DNA of 64,000 bases from Cyanobacteria bacterium auto_48_18 (GCA_036170915.1 JAVHQC010000010.1:32001-96000); one strand, 5' to 3'. Numbered from the stretch's first letter, positions 28,382-38,810 are shown. Notes: generated from the sequence alone by a model not told the origin. Numbers and translations are program-made.

Positions 28382-31300
28382 TTACTTTTCAGCTTGCTTT
28401 TCTTTGTTCAGCAAAGCGACGAAGACCTTGACCAGGCGCGGATCCCACTCTTTGCCTGAACCTTCCATTATCAGTTTCATGGCATCTTCGTGACTGTGCG
28501 CTTCGCGGTAAGGCCTTTCACTGGTCATGGCGGTATAGGCATCTACTAATGAGACGATGCGCGACTCAATTGGAATGACATCACCCTTGATACCATTAGG
28601 ATAACCACTGCCATCCCAATGTTCTTGGTAAGATTCAACAATGGGTGAAATTTTTGCCAACACTTTGGCCGGTTCTAAGAATTTCGCGCCGGTGTGCGGT
28701 ACCTGATTGATATAAACCAAATCTTCGTCAGAGAGTGGGTCTGGGCGTTTCAAAGTTTCTTCAGGCACAGCCATTTTGCCCAAATTACAGAGCACCGCCG
28801 CCAGTGACACAATTTCAGTGTGCTCTTTGGTCAAGTGCAATGATTGAGCAATACGATTGGCATATCCGTACGCCCGTGATGAGCGATCTGGACCGTACGA
28901 AGAACGTTCTTCCACCAGGCGAATCAATTGCGCCAGCATACCCAGCAAGCCCTTCTCACGAATCAGCTCAACGTCAAATTCGGGCACAAGCTCGCCAACA
29001 GGTTTTTCAACTACAGGGCCCATGCGAGTATCAACTTTCATAGCCATCTTGAGCTGTTCTTCACCACCATCAGCCAGGCTCGGAATCAAATCATCAGCCA
29101 CTGTGCAGACCTGGTTACGACCGCGGTGCTTAGCAAGGAAAAGCGCCTGGTCAGCCAGTTCGAACAATCTGTCTTTGTCTTGCGCGTCATTAGGGAAAGT
29201 AGCTACACCTACTGAAGCTGTGACAATACCCCAACCTTCTACCGGCCTCTCGCGCATAGCAGCGCAAGCACGTTCTGCCACCATTTTCGCCCATTTCAAA
29301 TCAGTTTCAGGCAAGAGCACCACAAATTCTTCACCACCAAATCGGCCCACTGTGTCAATTTCGCGCACACTGCGCTTAATTACGTTACCAATGTGAATGA
29401 TGGCGGCGTCACCAACGTGGTGACCTTTGCTGTCGTTAATGCGTTTGAGATAATCGAGGTCGACGATGATAAAGGAGAAGGGGTGACCAAAACGCTGGAA
29501 ACGATCAATTTCTTTGGTCAGCTGTTCTTCAAAATATCTTCTGTTAAACAGACCGGTCATGGGATCGGTAACCGCTTGCCTCTCAACAGTGGCAAACAGT
29601 TCGGCGTGTGAGATCACCACGCCCACCCGGTCTGCCAGGTCGATAATCATACGCATATCTTTATCAGGGAATGGATGGTCACGATCGCGTGCCACCAGCA
29701 TTAGTGCCGCCTTAAAGTTATTACCCTGTCCTAGAGGCACCAAAATGGCTGAGCGATTATTCCATTCAGCAGACAATATGTCTGGCTGAAGACGCTCTTT
29801 GATTTCATCAGGTTTAATAAAAACAGTCTGGCCATCACGCAACAAATCTAGTGAGCCGGCAAAAATGCGATCGGCAATTGTGTGTGCCATGGGCTTGGGC
29901 GGCGGCTCATCGGTAGCGTGGCTGAGTTCTACCGGTTCAGGCTGCGGAAACTCTTCTGAGTTACCGGCAAATTTGCACTTAGTGGCATCATCTGTGGGGC
30001 CATCGTACAAACTGACGATACAAAGATCTAGTTGGAAATAATCTTGCACCGATCGCACAAGCGTATCCATAATTTGATCCGCTTCTTTAAGCGATCGTTT
30101 GATTTCTACAGAAACCTTGTTGATAAGCGCGTCGCGCACCTGGTCGGCGCGAATTTGTTGCACGGCCATATCGGCTCTAATTACGTTTGAAAGGTGACCA
30201 GCAATAGTCAGACCCAGTTCTCTATCTTGTGGTCTGAACTGCGGCCGCTTAGGTTGGCGCTGCCAGAGACCAATAACACCAAGGCGAGTGCCCTCTGAAA
30301 TCAGAGGCAGCACCAGAGCCATATCGTGACCGAAGAAAGGGTCGCCCTTTCTCGAATATTCCATATTTACGACTTTGCCGCGAGCCGATTCGAACACCGC
30401 CACAAACGGATTCTCTTTATTGTCCAGCTCCACATTGGCCACATCAGAATTGATTTGCGGCTCTAGCACACCACTGTCAGGGTTGAATAAATAAATTTGC
30501 GAGTGAATAAAGCCCATGTGATCAGCCACCAGCAAAACTGATCGCACTAGCGAATCTCGGCTGGTCTGGCCTTTTGAATCACGAAAGAGACTGGCAATTT
30601 CATTGATCAGCTTCATTTCCTGGGCGTCCATCTCAATTTTCGATTGGTCGAAAGATTGTTGAACAACCACTGAGAGCATCTCAGCTACTTTCTGTAAAAC
30701 TACGGCATCTTCAGTGCTCCACTCACGTGGTTTACCACACTGTTGCAACTCCAAAAATCCAGAAAAAATACTGCGTGAGCGCAGTTGTACCATCAGACGA
30801 CCACGCACATCACCGAGTTCGAGCAGTGACGATAGAGTGCGTGAGGCTTTGTGCAAATCGGTATCTTGCGCAGTATCAGGAATGCTAATTACACCCGCAC
30901 CTGATTCATCAGGAAAACGTGAGAGAAACTCGAGCACAATCGCCATTGACTCTTGCGAATTGAGTTGATTTTCCACAAAACATGTATGGCCATTGATTGA
31001 ATATTCGTTAGTAACAGCCAGCTGATCGCCCACTACTTTCCATATCAAGCCTCGATCGGCTTTCAATTCTTTGGTCAATACTTCGATGGCATATTGCAAA
31101 ATTGAAGTGAGATCGCTTGAGTGTCTGAGCTGTCCGATAATATCGCTGATGATTGTCTGTGCCGTAGGCGGCATCAATTTTTTGGCATCACCATCGGTGC
31201 CCTTAATAGCCTTAAGATTACTGCGAGTGGCATTCTTGTTAACACTCTTGCGCGCTTCTGGTGGTGTCAAAAGGGCATCGTGATTAGATACCGCCGATCC

Positions 31301-32299
31301 GCCATAGATAGCCGATCCGGGGCTTTCACTGCCATGGCCATTGCCACCTTGCGACAGAACAAAGCTGCCGCTGGCATCACCTTGAAAAACTGCCGTAGTC
31401 GGTTGACTGCTGCGAAAGAAAGTTGCATCAGGCGGCGGCAACCCAGCTGCCAGATGCTGGGCAATAATTTTATCCATCTCGTCTTGACTGTGCGTAGCAC
31501 CAGGCTGAGTCTGAGCATTGGCTGCAGCGGATTGGGCCTGAGATGGCATTCCCATAGCACCCTGCGCAATAACCTGATTTGATCCGGTTTGAACAAATTC
31601 AGCTTCAGGTGTGTCCACGGCAATGGGTGAAATTTTGTTGGGGCCGGTGACACTTTGAGCCGCCTGCAGAACATGTTCGCCGCTGACGGTGACGTCGTAA
31701 TAACTTGGGTCAGTGGTCTCACCCTGCAAAATAAGACCTTGCTGAATTGGCGCTTTAACCACTGGCCATGCCGCTTTCATTCGCTGCACTGAAAGTGGCG
31801 CGCTGCCGCCTGGGCCGAGCGACACACGACAATCTTCTAGACGGTTGCTCTCAGCCAAATTGAGCGACTGCCAAATGGGCAACAACCGGTTGAAAGCTTC
31901 GCGCACAATGGCCGGCTCCATTGAGCCAGTGCACTGATACTTTTCAGCGTTAGGCGACTCCATCGCTTGCTGACCATAAACAACAATGGAGAGCCCAGGA
32001 CTCTCCATTAAAACGCACCATTCATCCGGCGCATCCTGTCGCTCTTCAGAAAAACATGACACGCAGGTTGATTCACGCAAAAGAGTGCCGAAGTCTTTGC
32101 CCCTTGGCAATAATCTGGCGGCACTTTGACGGCTCCAGTAAACAATCACCGGAGCGAGCTTTTGATCTAGCGACAAGCGCTCTAGTTCGCGTATGAACGG
32201 CAGAAAACTTTCAGGCGGCAAAATGCTGAGCGGCAAAGCGCCCGCGCCGGACTGCTGCACCAGCATCATTTGCAATTGTATGCGGCCGGACTCGCCCAT
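28382..32299 (-). CDS. Multidomain diguanylate cyclase: DICT-like sensor, three GAF domains, GGDEF, degenerate HD-GYP
   Basis: TDPMTGLFNRR, DLDYLKRIND, RFGGEEF; HD-GYP fold motifs WDGSGYP, RPYR, WDP; GAF motifs. Confidence 0.9.
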   Translation of the reverse strand: MGESGRIQLQMMLVQQSGAGALPLSILPPESFLPFIRELERLSLDQKLAPVIVYWSRQSAARLLPRGKDFGTLLRESTCVSCFSEERQDAPDEWCVLMESPGLSIVVYGQQAMESPNAEKYQCTGSMEPAIVREAFNRLLPIWQSLNLAESNRLEDCRVSLGPGGSAPLSVQRMKAAWPVVKAPIQQGLILQGETTDPSYYDVTVSGEHVLQAAQSVTGPNKISPIAVDTPEAEFVQTGSNQVIAQGAMGMPSQAQSAAANAQTQPGATHSQDEMDKIIAQHLAAGLPPPDATFFRSSQPTTAVFQGDASGSFVLSQGGNGHGSESPGSAIYGGSAVSNHDALLTPPEARKSVNKNATRSNLKAIKGTDGDAKKLMPPTAQTIISDIIGQLRHSSDLTSILQYAIEVLTKELKADRGLIWKVVGDQLAVTNEYSINGHTCFVENQLNSQESMAIVLEFLSRFPDESGAGVISIPDTAQDTDLHKASRTLSSLLELGDVRGRLMVQLRSRSIFSGFLELQQCGKPREWSTEDAVVLQKVAEMLSVVVQQSFDQSKIEMDAQEMKLINEIASLFRDSKGQTSRDSLVRSVLLVADHMGFIHSQIYLFNPDSGVLEPQINSDVANVELDNKENPFVAVFESARGKVVNMEYSRKGDPFFGHDMALVLPLISEGTRLGVIGLWQRQPKRPQFRPQDRELGLTIAGHLSNVIRADMAVQQIRADQVRDALINKVSVEIKRSLKEADQIMDTLVRSVQDYFQLDLCIVSLYDGPTDDATKCKFAGNSEEFPQPEPVELSHATDEPPPKPMAHTIADRIFAGSLDLLRDGQTVFIKPDEIKERLQPDILSAEWNNRSAILVPLGQGNNFKAALMLVARDRDHPFPDKDMRMIIDLADRVGVVISHAELFATVERQAVTDPMTGLFNRRYFEEQLTKEIDRFQRFGHPFSFIIVDLDYLKRINDSKGHHVGDAAIIHIGNVIKRSVREIDTVGRFGGEEFVVLLPETDLKWAKMVAERACAAMRERPVEGWGIVTASVGVATFPNDAQDKDRLFELADQALFLAKHRGRNQVCTVADDLIPSLADGGEEQLKMAMKVDTRMGPVVEKPVGELVPEFDVELIREKGLLGMLAQLIRLVEERSSYGPDRSSRAYGYANRIAQSLHLTKEHTEIVSLAAVLCNLGKMAVPEETLKRPDPLSDEDLVYINQVPHTGAKFLEPAKVLAKISPIVESYQEHWDGSGYPNGIKGDVIPIESRIVSLVDAYTAMTSERPYREAHSHEDAMKLIMEGSGKEWDPRLVKVFVALLNKEKQAEK

Positions 32300-32493
32300 T
32301 AACTCTTGAAATTCCCGTCGCTACAAGCTCTATAGAAGAAACTACATCTCAATAGTGCCTGGTTAATTAGATACCACTCCGGCATGGCCCTTAATCCCTC
32401 ACACGCAGACTGTGACTTAATGTTACCCTTTACAACCGCAATGCGGCCGCCCCACTGGGTCAGTGTTACCATGAAACCCCTGCTTACCTCGAG

Positions 32494-33192
32494 ATGCGCA
32501 TCAAACCATTGACCATGACAATACCCGGCGAAGAAATCCAGACTCAGGCCACGCCTGATGATAACGTTTACCAGGAAAATATCGCGTTCTGGGAAAAAGC
32601 CTGGAGCGGCTGCAAAACTCCATATACTCAGCTTCCCGACCTCTCTTACATTTCGCGCATTCCCGACGAATTAAACAAAACCAAAGCAAAACGAGTGCTC
32701 GACCTCGGATGCGGCTCAGGCTGGCTTTCGGTGTACCTGGCGCGGCAAGGTTTTGATGTGGTTGGCGTTGACGTCTCAGCCCAAGCCATCTACCTGGCCA
32801 AAACTTGGGCAGAGCAAGAAGACCTGAAAATTACATTTGATGTGGGTGACGTGGCCGATCTCAAATATGCAGATGGAAATTTTGATGCGGTCGTAGCCAA
32901 TTCAATTTTTGAACATTTCCCCCTAAAGCAGGCCGGGGAGATGTCGACAAAAGTGCATAAACTGCTCAATGACCACGGCATATTTATCGGCTGCTTTGAT
33001 AAAGTCGGTGGCGGACCAGGCGAATACTACACGTTGGCCGACGGTACTCATGTTTATACCGACAAGGGCCGCAAAGGTATGCTATTGCGGCGCTATTCGC
33101 TCGAAGAATTAAAAGAACTGTTCTCTGGTTTTGCCACCATGACCAGTGACGAAGTAGACGGTGGGTCACTCTTTATTGTGGCGACAAAATAA
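32494..33192 (+). CDS. Class I SAM-dependent methyltransferase
   Basis: VLDLGCGSG, GVDVS, FDAVV. Confidence 0.9.
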   Translation: MRIKPLTMTIPGEEIQTQATPDDNVYQENIAFWEKAWSGCKTPYTQLPDLSYISRIPDELNKTKAKRVLDLGCGSGWLSVYLARQGFDVVGVDVSAQAIYLAKTWAEQEDLKITFDVGDVADLKYADGNFDAVVANSIFEHFPLKQAGEMSTKVHKLLNDHGIFIGCFDKVGGGPGEYYTLADGTHVYTDKGRKGMLLRRYSLEELKELFSGFATMTSDEVDGGSLFIVATK

Positions 33193-33193
33193 T

Positions 33194-34297
33194 TCAAGCG
33201 CACTTCAGTTCGGTCCACATGCGGTCGTAAATGAAAATGGCGGGGCCCAGCTCGCCCAGCTCTTCACAGCGCGCCATGACACTTTCAGGCGGATAAAGAT
33301 TAGGGTCATTGCGTAAACTAGAATCCACCAATTTCCAGGCTGTCTCATTGGCAATGGCATAATTGGTAAAATTAGCGCAAGCCGCTGCCACAGCCGGCTC
33401 AAGCATATAATTTATCCATTTGTAGGCCAGGTCGACGTGCGGTGCACTTTTAGGAATGCAAAAATTATCAGTCCAAATCGATGCGCCATTGCTCGGTATG
33501 ACATAGCGAATATCATCATTATCGCGACGGGCCTGATAAGCATCACCACTAAATACTTGCGACAAAAAAGAGTCACCGCTGGCCAGTTCAACAATTACCT
33601 GGTCTGAGGTATAGCACATGGTCAATGGCTTTTGCTCAATCAATAGATTGCGCGCGGCACCGATTGTGGCTTCGTCTTGGGTGTTATAAGAATGACCGGC
33701 CAGCTTCAGGGCCATGCCAATTACTTCGCGACCATCATCGAGTAATGTCATGCGTTGCGAAAATCGTTTATCCCAAAAGATTTCCCAGGGTAAACTCAAA
33801 CTGCTTGACTTAATGGCACCAGATGCGGTGAACTGTTTTAAGCTAAAACCGATGCCTGTGGTACCCCAGGTGTAAGGCACGCAATGCTTTAAACCAGGGT
33901 CGAAAGCTGAATTGCGAAAGCGCGGCAGCAGGTGCTCTAGACCGGGCAAGCGCTCGTGATCAAGCCCGGCCAAAATATCAAGCTTATGCAATTGCTTGAC
34001 CATATAACTGGACGGCACAATAATATCGTAACGACTGCCACCAGCTTGAAGCTTGGCCATGAGCGCTTCGTTCGAAGCAAAAGTATCGTAGACGACTTTG
34101 CAAGAGTAGCGTTTTTCAAACTCAGGTATGGCATCAGGATGCAAATAATCGGCCCAATTCAAAATATTGAGTTGGTGCTCGTCGGCATCATTCTGACTGT
34201 TGCATCCGGCGAGAGTAGTACCGCATGAAAGTGCCAGCAGTGCAGCCGAACATTGCGAAATAAACTGACGCCGATTTAAACTCTTCTCGTAAATCAT
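33194..34297 (-). CDS. potD: Spermidine/putrescine ABC substrate-binding protein (Tat-type lipoprotein signal)
   Basis: NRRQFI twin-Arg, LAGC; LNWADY, YDIIVPSSY, VPYTWGTTGI, IWTDNFCIPK. Confidence 0.9.
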   Translation of the reverse strand: MIYEKSLNRRQFISQCSAALLALSCGTTLAGCNSQNDADEHQLNILNWADYLHPDAIPEFEKRYSCKVVYDTFASNEALMAKLQAGGSRYDIIVPSSYMVKQLHKLDILAGLDHERLPGLEHLLPRFRNSAFDPGLKHCVPYTWGTTGIGFSLKQFTASGAIKSSSLSLPWEIFWDKRFSQRMTLLDDGREVIGMALKLAGHSYNTQDEATIGAARNLLIEQKPLTMCYTSDQVIVELASGDSFLSQVFSGDAYQARRDNDDIRYVIPSNGASIWTDNFCIPKSAPHVDLAYKWINYMLEPAVAAACANFTNYAIANETAWKLVDSSLRNDPNLYPPESVMARCEELGELGPAIFIYDRMWTELKCA

Positions 34298-35481
34298 ACA
34301 TTCTTACATGCCAGTGCACTAACATCAGCACCATCAAGTTGCAGAAAGAGATCTTGATCGATGGTTAACTGTGACATTTGCGCTGCTGGTATCACGGCTC
34401 GAATTGCGACATCGGGGAAATCGAGGCAACGTAATTTTAAATCTACCTGGCTACCTTGATAGGCACTGGTGATAATACGGCAGGGAATATTGGCTTTCTG
34501 CCCTTGTGTATCAGGAGTCTGATCACCAGCAATAAGATTAATGGCCTCAGGTTTAAAGCAAGCGAAAGCCTGATCGCCGACCTTAAGGGCACTACCAGCA
34601 GTGGCGCGGCAATAAATCAAATGCCCGGCACAATCTAGAGTTATCGCACCATTTTCGGTACCATTATCAGTGCCATTAACTGCAACCACTTTGCCGGGCA
34701 CTAAATTAGAGCGGCCAATAAAGCTCGCCGTAAATGCGGTTTGCGGTTGTTCGTAGATTTCGCTCGGAGTGCCCACTTGCTCAAGTATGCCCTGGTTGAA
34801 CACAGCCACCCGGGTCGATATGGCTAAGGCCTCTGACTGGTCGTGGGTAACCATGACAAAGGTGAGATTGAGTTCGCGCTTCAGGCGCGAAAGTTCGTCT
34901 TGCATTTCTTCGCGAATACGCACGTCTAAAGCTGAAAGCGGTTCATCTAAGAGCAATACTACCGGACGCATAACCAGCGCCCTGGCCAGTGCCACACGCT
35001 GCTGTTGGCCGCCCGAAAGCTGGGCCGGAAGCCTATCGGCGTACTGCGCAAGACGCACAACATTTAAGGCCTCGCGACTACTTTCACCGATTTCAATATT
35101 GTTCAATTTGCGCGCTGCCCGCAAACCAAAAGCGACATTTTCGAGCACGCTCATATGCGGAAAAAGAGCATAACTCTGAAAAACCATATTGACCGGTCGC
35201 TTGTAAGGCGGCACTCCAATAGTTGCTTTGCCGTCAATTAAAATTCTGCCGCTGCTTGGTTCTTCAAAGCCGGCAAAGATGCGCAACAAAGTGGTTTTGC
35301 CGCATCCTGATGGGCCAAGGAAACTGTAAAACTCACCAGCCTGAACATTGAGGCTAATATTAGAAAGAGCAGGAGCGGAAGCCCCTTCAAAACTTTTGCA
35401 AACGCTTTCGGCAACGAGCACGCCCGAGGCATCACTTGCCGAAGTCACGGCCGGCTCTTCTACTGTAAGGTCTGACTTCAA
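34294..35481 (-). CDS. potA: Polyamine ABC transporter ATPase
   Basis: GPSGCGKTT, LSGGQQQRVALARA, LLLDEPLSALD, VTHDQ. Confidence 0.9.
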   Translation of the reverse strand: MKSDLTVEEPAVTSASDASGVLVAESVCKSFEGASAPALSNISLNVQAGEFYSFLGPSGCGKTTLLRIFAGFEEPSSGRILIDGKATIGVPPYKRPVNMVFQSYALFPHMSVLENVAFGLRAARKLNNIEIGESSREALNVVRLAQYADRLPAQLSGGQQQRVALARALVMRPVVLLLDEPLSALDVRIREEMQDELSRLKRELNLTFVMVTHDQSEALAISTRVAVFNQGILEQVGTPSEIYEQPQTAFTASFIGRSNLVPGKVVAVNGTDNGTENGAITLDCAGHLIYCRATAGSALKVGDQAFACFKPEAINLIAGDQTPDTQGQKANIPCRIITSAYQGSQVDLKLRCLDFPDVAIRAVIPAAQMSQLTIDQDLFLQLDGADVSALACKNV

Positions 35482-35495
35482 GTAATTTCCTGCTC

Positions 35496-37265
35496 TTAGC
35501 TACGTTTTTTCAGCCCGCTTTTCATATCTCGAATCAAGTATGCAATTTGCAAATTAAGCAGCACCACCTGCGAATCAATATCTACTTTTAAGATATCTGC
35601 AATTTGCTCAAGGCGATAACGCAAAGTATGCCTGTGAATGAAGAGCGAGCGAGCAGTTGAATTGAGGTTAGCGCCATGCTCCACATAGACGCGCAAAGTA
35701 TCCACCAGCTCAGATTCCCACTCTTCATCATAAGCTTCAAGGGGGCTCAAATTTTCTTCTAAAAATCTGTCTGATTCAGGATGATCGATAATCAGATACA
35801 ACAAACGCTTGAAGCCGAGCTCAGCGTAACCAAGCAAAAATTCGCCGTCGGCGTCAATCATTGAACCGACCACAAGGGCCTGGCGGGCTTCACCATAGGC
35901 GTCGGGCAAATCTAAAGCGGTTGTCACCAGACGACCCGCACCGAGCCTCACTTTTATGCCGGGGTTGAGAGCCTTAATGCGAGCGTTCAATGTTTCAGCT
36001 TGAGTCAACCATGGCTCTGGAGATTTCTCTTTGTACGGAATGACAAAAGCGCGCATGCCCTCCGCTTCACAAGAAATGTAAGTATCGTCAGGATAGGCCA
36101 CGCTGTGTTGAGCAACGCCGGAAGCATTTTGCTCGTCAGTAAAGCTTGCACTAACGGCAAAAACAAGAAAACCTTCGCAGAGATCAAAACCAAAGTGCCT
36201 GTCTAAGCGCTCTTGATCGGCAGCTGAAAGAGTGCGGCCCGACAGCAAATCTTTGAGCAAAGTTTTTTGCGTCACTGAAAACGTAGGCGAATCTTTGAGG
36301 CGATGGGAAAAATCGACCTTACAAGCCAGTGTCAGTGGATGCATATATTCAGACAGCGCCGCCACATCGTCTTGTGGCCGAATCATCACTGAAACGTATC
36401 CGGCAATCAAATCGCCCAGTGGAATAGGGAAGACCAGGCGGCGGCCAAAACTAAATGGCACCATATTGATGTCGGCACTGGTCTCAAAATGTCTGTTAGC
36501 GCCAGGGGTAATGGCTTCTTTGCTCTTTTGATGCGCTCGCAGAGCGGCCTGTCCTTCTTCTTCGAGATTCTTTTGCTGGCTCAAGGGAGTCGCGCCCATG
36601 TTGCGAGCGGCCAGCACCTTAAACTCAGCAGTCTCAACCACAAGCGGTCTGTTAAGCCACCCGGAGACAGTTTCGATCAGACCTTCGAGGCCTTCTTCAA
36701 GGACAATACTGAGCATGGCCGAATAAAGCCTGGCAGAAGAAAGTTTGAGCTCAAGGAGAAATACCGAGCGAAAATCTTCAATCACTTGAGCTGGGTCACC
36801 ATAACCTGGTACCACTATTAGTGCCACCGACTCTTCCTGACAGCGCTTGATCAAGCGCTTCATGGCAGCGTCAATAAGTGTTGGCGCCGGGGTCGAAGCT
36901 GACAAGGCGGCTGGCTGCGCGATGCTTTGAGCTGCCTGAGTAGTGCCAGCTTTAACAGCAGTTGTAGGCTTCGTAGTCGTTGTGGTGGCAGTCGTAGCTG
37001 TGCTTGTACTTGAATAGTCAGCGCTGGTTTTGACGATCACCAGAGCAGACAAGTGCGAAAGTGCAGACAATTCGATTTTGCTCAAGACATCAGAGCGAGT
37101 CACCACCAGACTGCCCGGGCGCGGCGCGGTGCCAATGCTCGAAATTACCTGTGAAACCTGGCGATCGAGCAAATCATTCCCCACCAGCACCTGTGCCTCT
37201 GCTAATGAGTCAGAGGTAAGCAGTTGTTTAACCGATGGGTGAATCGAATATGGTGCCTGAGTCAT
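35496..37265 (-). CDS. PucR/CdaR-family transcriptional regulator
   Basis: C-terminal TARSLFIHRHTLRYRLEQI HTH; LVDTLRVY; PucR-like N-terminus with Thr-rich linker. Confidence 0.88.
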   Translation of the reverse strand: MTQAPYSIHPSVKQLLTSDSLAEAQVLVGNDLLDRQVSQVISSIGTAPRPGSLVVTRSDVLSKIELSALSHLSALVIVKTSADYSSTSTATTATTTTTKPTTAVKAGTTQAAQSIAQPAALSASTPAPTLIDAAMKRLIKRCQEESVALIVVPGYGDPAQVIEDFRSVFLLELKLSSARLYSAMLSIVLEEGLEGLIETVSGWLNRPLVVETAEFKVLAARNMGATPLSQQKNLEEEGQAALRAHQKSKEAITPGANRHFETSADINMVPFSFGRRLVFPIPLGDLIAGYVSVMIRPQDDVAALSEYMHPLTLACKVDFSHRLKDSPTFSVTQKTLLKDLLSGRTLSAADQERLDRHFGFDLCEGFLVFAVSASFTDEQNASGVAQHSVAYPDDTYISCEAEGMRAFVIPYKEKSPEPWLTQAETLNARIKALNPGIKVRLGAGRLVTTALDLPDAYGEARQALVVGSMIDADGEFLLGYAELGFKRLLYLIIDHPESDRFLEENLSPLEAYDEEWESELVDTLRVYVEHGANLNSTARSLFIHRHTLRYRLEQIADILKVDIDSQVVLLNLQIAYLIRDMKSGLKKRS

Positions 37266-37360
37266 AAGAACTTGCCTGCGGCAATTAATGGCGTCAATGA
37301 AAGACTGTAAAAAAGCACAGCCATACCTATTTTAGCGCGACCGCGATCACATAAGGCAAG

Positions 37361-37382
37361 ATATACTCAACTCAGAGTATAT
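37361..37382. promoter_or_regulatory. Perfect inverted repeat, candidate operator
   Basis: ATATACTC-N6-GAGTATAT in a divergent intergenic region. Confidence 0.45.
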
Positions 37383-37521
37383 ACAGAAGAGTTCTTAGAT
37401 AAAACTTTGACTTTTCAGTAGAAATTCTTCCCAGACCTATTGAGCTTTTCCAGTCTTTGAGTAATATTTAATACAGTCGCAAACCAACTCCTCCTGACCA
37501 TTAGCCTAGAAAGAGCTATCG

Positions 37522-37689
37522 ATGAACCGAAACGAGCACGCCAGAGCCTTAGACACGAGATTACTGGGCCTATTCGAGCACAAAATTCTTGAATTCACCA
37601 AGTTTTCAGAAGAGAATCCCAATACAGCACCGATCACAATGATGATTGCTGGTCTCTACAAAGACCTAGCAGACATCATCAAGAAGTAA
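37522..37689 (+). CDS. 55-aa helical hypothetical protein (not in ORF track)
   Basis: Hand translation MNRNEHARALDTRLLGLFEHKILEFTKFSEENPNTAPITMMIAGLYKDLADIIKK; followed by a terminator. Confidence 0.75.
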   Translation: MNRNEHARALDTRLLGLFEHKILEFTKFSEENPNTAPITMMIAGLYKDLADIIKK

Positions 37690-37710
37690 GAAATCCAAAA
37701 AATTGCTTAG

Positions 37711-37739
37711 AGAGGGGCGCCCGTGGCCCCTCTTTTTTG
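37711..37739 (+). terminator. Intrinsic terminator
   Basis: AGAGGGGC-gcccgtg-GCCCCTCT followed by a T run. Confidence 0.85.
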
Positions 37740-37805
37740 TGGTCTATTTGGCCAGCTCGACCGACAGAGACTATGATGGAAACAACCACGGCCGGGTAAC
37801 AAGCC

Positions 37806-38810
37806 ATGTTCTTTCGCGCAAAGCGGCACACTGCAGCACTTACCGAAATCATTGGTGATCCGCATGCTGACGAGCATAAGTGGATGACGGCTTGTGCTGC
37901 GCTAGGGGAGCAATCCAATCGCCTGAGCAAAAACGAATTGAAAAGAATTCTGTTGCCGCACCCACTGGCGCATTCCGCAGCAATTCTCTATATAACTTTG
38001 AATTGTCTTTTGAGCTGGACAATGGTTACCCTCGCATTTATCAACTTTGCAGAAATGAGTATTCTCGGACGTCAAGCCACGCTTGTAGCACTGGTGCCAG
38101 CACTGCTTCCAGGAATATTGCTTTCATTTTTTGGCACCATTGGCTTCTGGCAACAGTTTTACGCCGATTCTCCAAACAAGATCCGTACTACCACCTGGTT
38201 CGGATGCACTGTTGTAATGGCACTTATTCCTTTTATTTTTGGCTACTTTCGCTGGTTTGATGGAAACTTACCGCTGGCAGTGGGTGTCGTACCAGTGGTG
38301 GCAGCGCTCGTCTTTTATCCTATGAATGCCCTGGCAGCAAAAACACGAGAGGCACTGCCCAGGTCTTTTCGGTCGGAGAAGGCACTATTTTTAACTGCGC
38401 TTATGTCAATACCGTCCCTAGTTACTTTCGGCATAGATTGCGTTTTTCATTTAGGAATTTTGACCTGGCAGCCAACGATTTGTCTTTACCTGCTTTCCAG
38501 TATTGCACTGCCCGCCTTCGTCATAGCTAGAGTTGGGCGATCAACAGCTCTATTACCTTCGTTGTGCTTGAACACCATTTGCAATGCTCCCCTGGTGCTT
38601 GGCGTGATTGCACTAATGGTTGTTGGATCTGCGTTCAATTTTCCGACAACACTGAACGCTGACCCTGTTTTTTGGGGTCTAGCCGCACTTGCCAGCCTTC
38701 TTCTGACTCTGCTTCCAATTGCTATCGGCTCCTTCCTCGGAGTTAAACAGAATCAAATGATTGTCGCTGCGAGCCTCAAACGCCTCGCAAGTGGGCCATC
38801 CGCAAACTAA
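37806..38810 (+). CDS. Hypothetical polytopic membrane protein
   Basis: About eight hydrophobic segments. Confidence 0.7.
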   Translation: MFFRAKRHTAALTEIIGDPHADEHKWMTACAALGEQSNRLSKNELKRILLPHPLAHSAAILYITLNCLLSWTMVTLAFINFAEMSILGRQATLVALVPALLPGILLSFFGTIGFWQQFYADSPNKIRTTTWFGCTVVMALIPFIFGYFRWFDGNLPLAVGVVPVVAALVFYPMNALAAKTREALPRSFRSEKALFLTALMSIPSLVTFGIDCVFHLGILTWQPTICLYLLSSIALPAFVIARVGRSTALLPSLCLNTICNAPLVLGVIALMVVGSAFNFPTTLNADPVFWGLAALASLLLTLLPIAIGSFLGVKQNQMIVAASLKRLASGPSAN

